Positions 9,172-18,275 of a stretch of 64,000 nucleotides of DNA are shown piece by piece. Origin of the DNA: a bacterium (GTDB lineage Bacteria > Patescibacteriota > JABMPQ01 > JBDRIV01); the NCBI GenBank assembly GCA_043815505.1, contig JBDRIV010000004.1, positions 186,051 through 250,050 of the forward strand, in the 5' to 3' direction. Both the position numbers and the translations under genes were made by a program. The notes under the pieces are model-generated. The model searched no databases. It worked only from the letters and a program-made list of their open reading frames with translations, and was not told the origin of the DNA. Each line of letters starts with the position of its first letter. Position 1 is the stretch's first letter.

Positions 9172-10022
9172 TGCTTTTTCTTTTGATTAAGAAGTTCAAT
9201 CATTACGTCTTCTAAATTTTTGGTATCTATGTCTAAACTTTCAATGTCTCGCGACAAACCATATTGATGCAACAAATTGGCCATAGCTTTTCCGGAGGCT
9301 TCAACTTTTTCTGTCCATTCTTCTTTGCTCTTATGAAATATTAATTTAGAAGTTCCTTTAGCAATTAAGTTTTTTGGTGTATCGTGAGCAATTACTTCAC
9401 CTTTTTGTAATAGAATTACACTATCACAAAGCATCGCTTCATCAATTAAATGAGTACTGATTAACAATGTTTTTCCTTCTTCAACAAATTCTCTAAATTT
9501 TTTCCAGAGATTTCTTTTTAGTAGCGGATCTAAAGCTGCTGTTGGTTCATCTAAAAGTAAAAGGTCTGGATCATGAACTAAAGCTGAGGCTAATGAAACA
9601 CGTTTTTTCATTCCTCCAGACAGAGTATAAACTGGGCTTTTAAAACGTTCTTCCAAGTTCAACATTTTTAGAAGTTCCTGAGCTTTCCCACGAGGATTTT
9701 TGACTTTGTGAAGACGAGCAAAAAAAGAAACATTTTCTCGAGCAGAAATATCTTCGTAGAGTGCTGAGTCTTGAGGCATATATCCTAAATTTTTCCGCAT
9801 TTTGTATCTATCTTTTATAGGATCAAAACCAAGCACTTCAATTGACCCGGCAGTTAAATTTAGAGTCCCAATAACCGATTTAATAAATGTAGACTTCCCT
9901 GCTCCATTTGGTCCAACGAGACCGGTAATCTGACTTTGAGGAATTTCCAAACCAACGTTCTTTAAAGCCTGAACGTTTTTATAATGTTTGGATAAATTTC
10001 TTGCAACAATTGCTTGCCTCAC
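9168..10022 (-). CDS. ABC transporter ATP-binding protein
   Basis: Walker A 'GPNGAGKST', signature 'LSGGMKKRVSLA', Walker B 'LLLLDEPTAALD'. Confidence 0.9.
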   Translation of the reverse strand: MRQAIVARNLSKHYKNVQALKNVGLEIPQSQITGLVGPNGAGKSTFIKSVIGTLNLTAGSIEVLGFDPIKDRYKMRKNLGYMPQDSALYEDISARENVSFFARLHKVKNPRGKAQELLKMLNLEERFKSPVYTLSGGMKKRVSLASALVHDPDLLLLDEPTAALDPLLKRNLWKKFREFVEEGKTLLISTHLIDEAMLCDSVILLQKGEVIAHDTPKNLIAKGTSKLIFHKSKEEWTEKVEASGKAMANLLHQYGLSRDIESLDIDTKNLEDVMIELLNQKKKQ

Positions 10023-10092
10023 GTTTTTATTGCAATACGACTAATAAACGACAATTACTATTATTTATAGTGATTTATACAACCACGGTATT

Positions 10093-11751
10093 TTATTCTG
10101 ATATTATCCCCTCTAAAAATTTAAATATCATTTTAATATACTGATCCCCTGGTTTACCCAATTCTGTTGATATTGTTTGGTGATCTCTATCTTCGGCACT
10201 TACTACCTCAGCATTAACATTTATATCCGTAAGACTATTAGCAAAAAGTTGAGCTTGGATACGAGCAACAATTCTATTACCTGCATAAAATAATTGTGCA
10301 GGTGGTATATCTTTTCGTTCTTCTACATTTAACCTCGGTGAAGCACTGATCCACACATTTTCATCATCTCCAAACTCTGGTCTTAATAATAAATCAAAAT
10401 GAGTAGGATTTAATTCGTAAACCACTGGTATATCATATTCAGCACCATCCAATAATACTAGTCCTTTAATATCAGAAAGGCTTAGTCCTTCATCATTTAA
10501 ATAATCTTGATTGGTTGCAGACAAAGAAATCATGTGTGTCCCAACAGAATGTCCCATAAGAAACAGTTTATCTGGATCGCCTTGGTACTTTTCAATATTA
10601 TTGTGAACCCAGGCAATGGCTTCAGCAACATCTTTAGTGTGATCAGGGTGCATGGTGTCTTGTTCTTCGGTGTCCAAGCGATAATTTATACTAACAAATA
10701 TATATCCATTATTTGTGAACGCAGCTCCTTTATTTGTGTGATTTCCTTTATCACCAATTTCCCAAGCTCCACCATGTACAAATATCATAACTGGGTAGTT
10801 AGAAGTGTTAGAATCTTCTAAAGAAGAGTCTTTTTTTAGTTTAGCTTCCGGTACATAAATATCAAGATATTGGAATGGGGAATCAGATTCATTATCATCT
10901 GAATACGAAATATCTTCGTAAAAAGTATAATTAGAATTATCCTCTATCAATGTTTCATCACAATCCGCATCAGCATCATCAATATAATTATCACAATCAT
11001 CATCAATATGGTTGTCACATATTTCGTAATTTAGAGAGCATTTTTTATGAAATATTTGGACAGCTGGATTACTAACATAAGATGAGTAAAGAAAACTTTT
11101 GTGCATTTCAAAGCCAAACTGAATGTATTTCTTGGTGGAAATAGATGATGGCATCTGGATAATGTCAAAGGCAGAATCGGTGATTTCTTGTCTACTCCAT
11201 TCAATTGTTGTGTCATCAGCTGTGAAGGCGGTGTTTGATGCTCTTACTATTAAATAGACTTTATTTCTTCCCCAAGCTAGACGTTTAGTATTGAAAGCTA
11301 CTTTGTATAGTCCCGATGGTGCCTCTGAGTAGACTGATGTATCTATAACTGGTGAGGTAGCTGTTCCTTCATCGCCGTTGATTTTGATAGCGTTGTAGTT
11401 ATCAAGCGCTTTTACATCTCCTGTCATGTTAAATTCTGTTATGTCGTAGGCTACATTAGTTTTAGTGTAGTCTCCAGGAGTAAGGAATGTATATGAATCG
11501 TTTGTATCAAAATCTTTTTCATATTCAGGTGGTACTATGTTCGTAGTATTTATATATTGTTGTTCATTAACTTCAATATAGGCCTTAGTATCTGGAAAAG
11601 TTGGTAATAGAGCCGTTGCGGCAACAAAAAATGCTGAAGTAAGAGATATTGTCCACAGCATTGTTTTAAGACGTTTTTTGGTCTTAGTTGTAGATGTTTT
11701 TAGTTTTGTTTTTGTTTGATTTGGTATATTTTCTTGGTTATTTTTTGGCAT
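10093..11751 (-). CDS. secreted alpha/beta-hydrolase (esterase/lipase-like) carrying the conserved 'MPKNNQENIPNQTKTK' leader and a Cys/Asp-rich 'DDDCDNYIDD' motif
   Basis: 'VMIFVHGGAWEIGDK' (HGG oxyanion-hole motif) and 'LMGHSVGTHM' (GxSxG nucleophile elbow). The N-terminus is a polar K/T-rich stretch followed by a TM helix. Confidence 0.7.
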   Translation of the reverse strand: MPKNNQENIPNQTKTKLKTSTTKTKKRLKTMLWTISLTSAFFVAATALLPTFPDTKAYIEVNEQQYINTTNIVPPEYEKDFDTNDSYTFLTPGDYTKTNVAYDITEFNMTGDVKALDNYNAIKINGDEGTATSPVIDTSVYSEAPSGLYKVAFNTKRLAWGRNKVYLIVRASNTAFTADDTTIEWSRQEITDSAFDIIQMPSSISTKKYIQFGFEMHKSFLYSSYVSNPAVQIFHKKCSLNYEICDNHIDDDCDNYIDDADADCDETLIEDNSNYTFYEDISYSDDNESDSPFQYLDIYVPEAKLKKDSSLEDSNTSNYPVMIFVHGGAWEIGDKGNHTNKGAAFTNNGYIFVSINYRLDTEEQDTMHPDHTKDVAEAIAWVHNNIEKYQGDPDKLFLMGHSVGTHMISLSATNQDYLNDEGLSLSDIKGLVLLDGAEYDIPVVYELNPTHFDLLLRPEFGDDENVWISASPRLNVEERKDIPPAQLFYAGNRIVARIQAQLFANSLTDINVNAEVVSAEDRDHQTISTELGKPGDQYIKMIFKFLEGIISE

Positions 11752-11949
11752 ATGAATTTATTAAAAGTTGCTTATATTATACAAGAAAATATGAATATGA
11801 GAAAGCCCAAAAACTTGCTATTTCTTAGTAAAATACTAGACTTAAAGCACGTACCTTTACAATTTGATTCGATTTAAGCTTGAAGTATATAACTTATCTT
11901 TAAAATACCAACTTCAAAGTAGCAAAAACATGCTAATAGGAGAAGAAGC

Positions 11950-13866
11950 ATGAGACACTTACAAGGCAATTTTGTCCCTAAGAACATTGTTTTTCTAGAA
12001 CCAAAAGCTAGGGATCCTCACACTTTTTCTGGACTTCCCATTCCCCGAGTCGGTTGTGTGGAGCTAGCTACTATGGCCAGGGACTGGCGTGGAAAAAATG
12101 TCCGAGTACTTGTTGAAGAGGTTGCCTCATTTAATCCTGAAGTTGTATTGGGTGATGATGTTGACATGGTATGCATTTCTACTCTCACCAATACTGCTCC
12201 CGAGGCTTACGAGTGGGCCAATCTTTGCGCCCTCGCTGGCAAACCTGTTGTATTAGGTGGAGTACACGCAACTTTCCTTCCCAACGAATCTCTATATCAT
12301 GCCCCTTTAGTAATCCGCGGGGAGGCGGAAGAATCTTTTCTAGATCTCTTGGATTGCCTGGCAGCAGGTGATGACTTATTTAAGGTTAGAGGACTTTCTT
12401 GGAAAGATGGTCTTGGCCATCATTTTCATAATCCTCCAACAGATCCCCTTGAAATGGTTCCCTCGTCAGAGTTTCTTAACACAATTCCTGTTCCTGATTT
12501 CAGTCTGGTAGAAGGCTACCAACTCAAGAAACCAGCAGCAATTCCCATCGCCACCATTCGTGGTTGTCCTCACATGTGCACTTTCTGTTCGGTCACTGCT
12601 TTTAATGGTAGACGTTACCGGCATCCGTCAGTTCTTTGGGTGCTAAATGCACTTGAAAAATACATCAAGGATTTTGGTAACGTACGTTGGTTCTTCTTTG
12701 TAGCTGATAACTTCATTGCTCATCCTAAATGGGCTGAAGAGTTAATGCTAGGGATAATTGAACGTCAGCTCAACATTTCTTGGGGAGCACAATTCACCAT
12801 CCATTTCACCAAGAACGAAAGGTTAATGGAACTGGCAGTTAAGGCTGGTTTGGACAGAGCTTTTCTCGGTTATGAATCACCAATCGATAAATCTTTAGCC
12901 GACTGTCATAAAAGCCAAACTACTGCCCAAATTGAAGAAGCTCAGAAAAAATTGAAGGAATTTGATATTCCTGACCATGGCATGTATATGATCTTTCCGT
13001 CTGATCCATCAGACATCGCTTCTCGCATAGTGGATTTTGCGGAAAGAAACAGTAACGACACTATCCAAATAATTCCTTTGGGTGCTAACCCTGGTTCAGA
13101 ATTATGGACAACGTTACAAACGTCTAGAGAACAACTTCTATCCCAAGACTGGCGACTGTTTAATGGACAGCAACCATTGCTGATTCCGAAAAACATGTCT
13201 CCCTTGAAGCAACATCAAACCACGGCAACTGCTTTGTCTCGATTCTATCGACCGACAAAGATCTGGCAATCATTTTTCGCTTACTTGAAAACTCGGGATA
13301 TAAAACAGCTTAAGACCATGATGATTAGACTAAAAGGGTGGCAACTCACTAAACTAATTAAATGGTCAAAAAGCAATCGTTTGTTTCTCAAATTCTTGAG
13401 GAGTCATCCGGAAACAACTGGCGAAACCTATGAATCCTGGGAATTGAAAAGAAGGCTGGCTCGGCGTATTACCATTCGCTGTCCGCAAAACCTCAGACAA
13501 ACCGTGAGTTCATTCCTGGCAGAATTGGGTTTTTCTAAAGTTCGTGTCAAACCAATTAAACATAAACCAAACCTATCTGGACAAAAAATTGGTGAAATCC
13601 GTATATCCTTGTCCAATTGGTTACGAAAGCAAAAAGCACATTTCGTTGTTTCTGATTTAAGCGAAATCGGCGACGATTGGCGTGAGCGCTTTGCTGACAT
13701 CGTAAACAGGTGGCCCAAATTCAGAAAACAATCCAAACTCATTTGTCTCCCCAGAACGTCTGAAAATAACACAATTAAGAATATGCTCAGACGACTGGGA
13801 GCGTATCTTTCTTCCAATGAAGAAACGATCGAATCAGCTATCAAAAAAATTCCCTTGAAGGATTGA
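11950..13866 (+). CDS. B12-binding-domain radical SAM protein with a ~250-aa C-terminal extension of unknown function
   Basis: N-terminal cobalamin-binding-like region ('DMVCISTLTNT...VVLGGVHATF'). Radical SAM 'GCPHMCTFCSV' CxxxCxxC motif. GC ~45-47% against ~33% flanks. Only sizeable plus-strand gene in the first 30 kb. Confidence 0.8.
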   Translation: MRHLQGNFVPKNIVFLEPKARDPHTFSGLPIPRVGCVELATMARDWRGKNVRVLVEEVASFNPEVVLGDDVDMVCISTLTNTAPEAYEWANLCALAGKPVVLGGVHATFLPNESLYHAPLVIRGEAEESFLDLLDCLAAGDDLFKVRGLSWKDGLGHHFHNPPTDPLEMVPSSEFLNTIPVPDFSLVEGYQLKKPAAIPIATIRGCPHMCTFCSVTAFNGRRYRHPSVLWVLNALEKYIKDFGNVRWFFFVADNFIAHPKWAEELMLGIIERQLNISWGAQFTIHFTKNERLMELAVKAGLDRAFLGYESPIDKSLADCHKSQTTAQIEEAQKKLKEFDIPDHGMYMIFPSDPSDIASRIVDFAERNSNDTIQIIPLGANPGSELWTTLQTSREQLLSQDWRLFNGQQPLLIPKNMSPLKQHQTTATALSRFYRPTKIWQSFFAYLKTRDIKQLKTMMIRLKGWQLTKLIKWSKSNRLFLKFLRSHPETTGETYESWELKRRLARRITIRCPQNLRQTVSSFLAELGFSKVRVKPIKHKPNLSGQKIGEIRISLSNWLRKQKAHFVVSDLSEIGDDWRERFADIVNRWPKFRKQSKLICLPRTSENNTIKNMLRRLGAYLSSNEETIESAIKKIPLKD

Positions 13867-13952
13867 GATAGCACAAAACCTCACACAAGATTTGCGTGAG
13901 GTTTTCTTTATTAGAAAACCTCGTTCAGTTTTCTGCGCGGGGTTTCTTTTTC

Positions 13953-13980
13953 AAAAAACCGCCCTTTTACAGGGCGGTTT
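13953..13980. terminator. bidirectional rho-independent terminator, the genome's typical 'aaaaaaccgcc-loop-ggcggttt' hairpin
   Basis: GC stem with A/T runs on both sides. It lies between convergent genes 11950..13866 and 13999..15273. Confidence 0.6.
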
Positions 13981-13998
13981 AGAATAATTATCTAGAAT

Positions 13999-15273
13999 CT
14001 ATTCATCGCTCCTAAGAACCCCTATTTCTGGCACTGTAAGAATCACTTCATCATTATCACTTGTTCCAATTTTCATTATTTGAACAGGATATCCTTCATC
14101 AGCACAAGCATTTATTTCTATGTTCCCTTCATCTTCTAGCACATTATTTTTATCGTATGCTTGATACTCAATTTGTGCCAGCCAAGGAAATGATTCATAA
14201 CAATGTCTAACTGAAGGATCTTCAATTGATTCCATTCCTAAGTATTTAACGTCAGTTCTTCCACCATCTTTTCTATCAAAACTTACTTCATTATATTCAG
14301 AATCGTTTCTCATATTTACAAACACACCCGCATTCACACTATTTGTCGAACTGGCAATTTCTGGAACCGTTATTATAATTGAGTAGGCTCCATAATCTCC
14401 AATTCGTAGAATTTCTATTTTTTTACCAACTTCACAAAACTTAACTTGAATATCTTGCTCTCCTGGTTCAATGACATCACCATTATCATCATATTCGGTA
14501 TAGGTAAAGTTTGCTTGCCAGGGATATCTTTCTTCACAAGTTGTTTCGCCTTCATATTCTTCCAAACCATTGTATAGAATTTCAATCTTTCCACCTTCAG
14601 CTGTATTGAATATTGAGTGTTTTTCATCAAATCTATTTGTTCTCACAACATACCCAGTTTTAGCAATATTTCTAAACTTATAATTATTATCCTTCTGCGG
14701 TGTTCCTAGAACAGGATTTCCTGGAACAACCTTTGTTACCATTGTATTAGGTTCATCGCTCCCATCAACCGTAGCTTTAAGTGTCATAGTTTTAATATCA
14801 CCACCATAAATCAAACAAGGGCCCTGAGGATAAGTTCCATTTGACCATTGAAGATCACCATCTGCATCATACGCAAACTCAATAATACCTGGTGATTCAG
14901 GATAATCTTGCTGACAAACAGTTTCACTAACATCAGATATTTGTCCGTCAAAGATAAATTCTATTCTACCAGCAAGATCATTATAATCTGTAAAACGATA
15001 ATTTGTTGCATAGTCTTCATTCAAACTATAAGCTTTTCCTAATTCATCAATTTTTACAGCCTTTTTTATACCACCAACTTCCAAACCATTTGTTTCAGAA
15101 TCTTGTGCAACACTAAAATTTTGATGAATCAGAGAATAAGCTGGCACTAAACCCATAGCTATTGCTGACACCAAAAAAACTGACCACACCATTACTTTCA
15201 TACTAATTTTTGTTGATGTTTTTTGTTTTGTTTTTGTTTGATTTGGTATATTTTCTTGGTTATTTTTTGGCAT
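13999..15273 (-). CDS. secreted repeat protein with the conserved 'MPKNNQENIPNQTKTK' leader and three or four ~90-aa Cys-bracketed internal repeats
   Basis: The N-terminal 16 aa and upstream DNA are near-identical to those of 10093..11751. Internal repeats include 'C..YP....EF.Y.ADGD..' modules. Confidence 0.6.
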   Translation of the reverse strand: MPKNNQENIPNQTKTKQKTSTKISMKVMVWSVFLVSAIAMGLVPAYSLIHQNFSVAQDSETNGLEVGGIKKAVKIDELGKAYSLNEDYATNYRFTDYNDLAGRIEFIFDGQISDVSETVCQQDYPESPGIIEFAYDADGDLQWSNGTYPQGPCLIYGGDIKTMTLKATVDGSDEPNTMVTKVVPGNPVLGTPQKDNNYKFRNIAKTGYVVRTNRFDEKHSIFNTAEGGKIEILYNGLEEYEGETTCEERYPWQANFTYTEYDDNGDVIEPGEQDIQVKFCEVGKKIEILRIGDYGAYSIIITVPEIASSTNSVNAGVFVNMRNDSEYNEVSFDRKDGGRTDVKYLGMESIEDPSVRHCYESFPWLAQIEYQAYDKNNVLEDEGNIEINACADEGYPVQIMKIGTSDNDEVILTVPEIGVLRSDE

Positions 15274-15426
15274 ATGAATTTGTTAAAAGCTGCTTAAATC
15301 TTATTAAAAAACCACCCAACTCCAGTTTTTTTAAATTAAACTTACTATATTTTAATACAAAAAATTATAATTTTTAATGTTATTGCTACAAAAATGAAAC
15401 TGTGTCTAGACGGTTTTTTTTGAATT

Positions 15427-15825
15427 TTATTCAGTTGTTGTTCCTTTAAAGTCTTCTTCGTTGGCTTCTGTTTCTTCTTTGGTTGCCCGCACGATGCCAT
15501 CTTTGTGATGAGCTGGTGAATAGATTGTGTAGAGCTTCAAATCATCCAAATCTGAAGTGTTAACTACATTATGTTCAGTTCCGGCTGGAACAACAATAGC
15601 AGAACCATCAAAAACCTCATATTCATTCCCATCAATTATTACTTTACCAGTTCCTTTTTCAAAACGGAAAAATTGATCATTTTCGTTGTGCACTTCCATA
15701 CCGATTTCTTCTTTTGGTTTCAGACTCATTAGAACGAGCTGGCTGTGCTTTGAAGTATAGAGAACCTTGCGAAAATTATCATTGGCCAAAGTATCTTTTT
15801 CTATATTGGAATTAAATCCTTTCAT
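15427..15825 (-). CDS. cupin-domain protein
   Basis: 'HNENDQFFRFEKGTGKVIIDGNEYEVFDGSAIVVPAGTEH' matches the cupin-2 barrel pattern. Confidence 0.65.
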   Translation of the reverse strand: MKGFNSNIEKDTLANDNFRKVLYTSKHSQLVLMSLKPKEEIGMEVHNENDQFFRFEKGTGKVIIDGNEYEVFDGSAIVVPAGTEHNVVNTSDLDDLKLYTIYSPAHHKDGIVRATKEETEANEEDFKGTTTE

Positions 15826-15834
15826 ATAATTTTG

Positions 15835-16242
15835 TTAATTCTTTATACATTGTAAGCATTTATAACGATGAATGCAAATCGTACCTTGGCATTTTTTGCA
15901 TTGCCATTTATTTTTTTCATTTTTTACAAACTCTCTAATCCCATTATCACGAATAAATTCTAGATTTGCAATCATGCTCATGCCATATCTTGTCCGATAT
16001 CTCTTATCAAGCTGTTTAAGCTTAGTGCAAGGAAACTTTTCACATTCATAACAAAATTTGTAACCATTTTCTACTAAAACATCACAATTTCTTTTTACAC
16101 ATTTTCTCTTGTAACTTTCTTTAAAGCCGTCCATATTGCGACAACCATAACATTTTTCTTTTTCCCGCTGGAATCCTAAGCACAAAGCACAATTCATTCC
16201 ACAAGAAGCTATTAAATTTTGTTTTATTAAACTTTTAGACAT
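15835..16242 (-). CDS. cysteine-rich protein, DUF3795-like (probable metal-binding)
   Basis: 'CGMNCALCLGF...CYGC' N-terminal Cys cluster plus further CxxC pairs. Reads as an operon with the flanking genes (overlaps). Confidence 0.55.
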   Translation of the reverse strand: MSKSLIKQNLIASCGMNCALCLGFQREKEKCYGCRNMDGFKESYKRKCVKRNCDVLVENGYKFCYECEKFPCTKLKQLDKRYRTRYGMSMIANLEFIRDNGIREFVKNEKNKWQCKKCQGTICIHRYKCLQCIKN

Positions 16243-16810
16243 TTATTTCAGCAATGTGTTTTGGATACACTCGCCACAAATAATAAATAATTAAAGCATC
16301 AACAATTATGAATATAAAAGTCAAAAATGAAAAAGCACTTATAAGCTGATAAATTCCAAATATGGTGACAAGAGAAAAGAATAGCAGAGCAATGTTTCTA
16401 ACTTTTTTTGATTTAAACCACAAACCAGCTATTAAAATAATTTTTAACAATCCCAACACAATTAGAATTATAGCTGATCTTAATAAATTATTTTGTGTGA
16501 AAACAAATGGACTTTGCGTAATTAACCAATTGGCAAAAATATCTGTTGGATCTTCTGTTAATTCATTAGCAAAAACATTTTCTAAAAATTGTGTAACTGG
16601 TAAATATTCAATAAAGAAAGATGATAAAAATGCCAAGGCACCTAAAACAATTTCCAAAAGTCCAGCCACTCCTTTATAAAGAAGCACGAGAATAAAACTT
16701 AATGGTCGGTTAAATAATTTCATGTATTCACTGTACCAAAAAACCGCCCAAATTATAAGGGCGGTTTCAATTTTAATATGATTAGACGGGTTTTTCAGTC
16801 CAGTCACCAT
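16235..16810 (-). CDS. hypothetical multi-pass membrane protein
   Basis: Four or more hydrophobic helices. Overlaps its neighbours by 8 and 29 nt. Confidence 0.5.
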   Translation of the reverse strand: MVTGLKNPSNHIKIETALIIWAVFWYSEYMKLFNRPLSFILVLLYKGVAGLLEIVLGALAFLSSFFIEYLPVTQFLENVFANELTEDPTDIFANWLITQSPFVFTQNNLLRSAIILIVLGLLKIILIAGLWFKSKKVRNIALLFFSLVTIFGIYQLISAFSFLTFIFIIVDALIIYYLWRVYPKHIAEINV

Positions 16811-18200
16811 ATGAACTAGTTATTACCCAGTTAGTGCCATCAACAGCCAATAAAGTAATTGTATCACCTATATCACCAGCTGTAATTTCCTTGCCTACGC
16901 CGCTGGTCATGCCTTGAATTTGATCAGCGTCGTCGGGATTGATTTCTATGGTTTCCCCGTCAACAACAACCGCAAAAATGTAAAACGTACCAATCGCAGT
17001 TGAAGCTTCCGGCAAATTCCAAACAGCAGTGCCACTAGCACCGGCATTGGTCTGGACGAAACCGGATTCAGTTATGGCCAGATCTTTACCAGTCGGCTCT
17101 TCGACTAGGCCTTTTCTTTCATTTAGATAAATGAGTCCGGTTGATAAATCACCGATGATGGCATCGCCGATGTTTAATTGATTGCTGGTAGTAGGAACTT
17201 CTACATCTGCCTGATAACCTATCATAATGTTGTTTGTACCAGAAGATATGTTAGATCCTGCTTGATAACCAAGGGCGGTATTATTGTCCCCGGTGGCTGC
17301 GGAAAGCGCTAAATATCCAACAGCCGTACTGGAATCAAGACCAGTGCCGTTACCAAGTGCTCCATAACCCACCGCTGTACTCCAAACACCGTTGGTATTA
17401 GCATCAAGGGCATAATTGCCGACGGCTACGTTTCGCTGGCCAGTGCCGGTATTGGCCACTAAAGCGTTATAGCCAATGGCTAAATTATCAGAACCTGTAT
17501 TATTGGCACCAAGAGCACCAGATCCTAGGGCCAGATTTCTATCACCAGTAGTAGTAGCATCACCAGCCTGGTATCCGATGAATGTATTGTCAATGCCACT
17601 ACTTTGAACTGAATTGGCTGCTTGATAACCTAGAGCGGTTAAATGCATATTGCTGGTATTATCAAAATTTATATAATCAGCTACCTGGATTGTGCTAGTT
17701 GGCGTAGCTGTTCCAATACCAACTCTTTCAGCATAACTACCAGCTGCATCACCAATAAACAAGGTACCATCTTCGATATTTAAGTCATCATCAAGTCCTG
17801 GACTATCAACTATATCTTTAAAACCAATGGTGTCAGCAATAATTTTATTGCTACCTACGGAATCATTTGCTAAATCTGTTTTTTGAATAGTACCATTATC
17901 AATCTGAGTGCTAGTTATTGCATCATCGGCAATATCAGAAGCAGTTATTGTTTTATTAGAAATTTTTGAACTGGTGACCGAATTCTTTCCCATGTCAGAA
18001 GCTGTAATTGTTCTTGTGGCAATTTTTGCACTGGTAACTGCTCCATTAGCAATATTATTAGTATTTATTATATTTGCATGAAATCCTTGATCGCTAGTAA
18101 TTTTAAAAATATCATTCCAGTCAGATGACGCTGAAACTATTCCAACAGAAATTACCATCACACTAACAATAATAATGGCAATTGATGTTTTCTTCTTCAT
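16782..18200 (-). CDS. secreted beta-helix/beta-roll repeat protein with YadA-head-like or tail-fibre-like 'N..A.G(Y)QA' repeats
   Basis: Signal peptide. Repeated 'ITASD..D.ITS..I' units are followed by 12 or more Gly/Asn-rich 'NxAxGYQAxxN' repeats. Confidence 0.6.
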   Translation of the reverse strand: MKKKTSIAIIIVSVMVISVGIVSASSDWNDIFKITSDQGFHANIINTNNIANGAVTSAKIATRTITASDMGKNSVTSSKISNKTITASDIADDAITSTQIDNGTIQKTDLANDSVGSNKIIADTIGFKDIVDSPGLDDDLNIEDGTLFIGDAAGSYAERVGIGTATPTSTIQVADYINFDNTSNMHLTALGYQAANSVQSSGIDNTFIGYQAGDATTTGDRNLALGSGALGANNTGSDNLAIGYNALVANTGTGQRNVAVGNYALDANTNGVWSTAVGYGALGNGTGLDSSTAVGYLALSAATGDNNTALGYQAGSNISSGTNNIMIGYQADVEVPTTSNQLNIGDAIIGDLSTGLIYLNERKGLVEEPTGKDLAITESGFVQTNAGASGTAVWNLPEASTAIGTFYIFAVVVDGETIEINPDDADQIQGMTSGVGKEITAGDIGDTITLLAVDGTNWVITSSYGDWTEKPV

Positions 18201-18275
18201 AGTTTTTCTTAATACTTATATATTCTATTTTAACAAAAAACCGCCCTTTTTGAAAATGGCTGTTTTCAACCTAAA

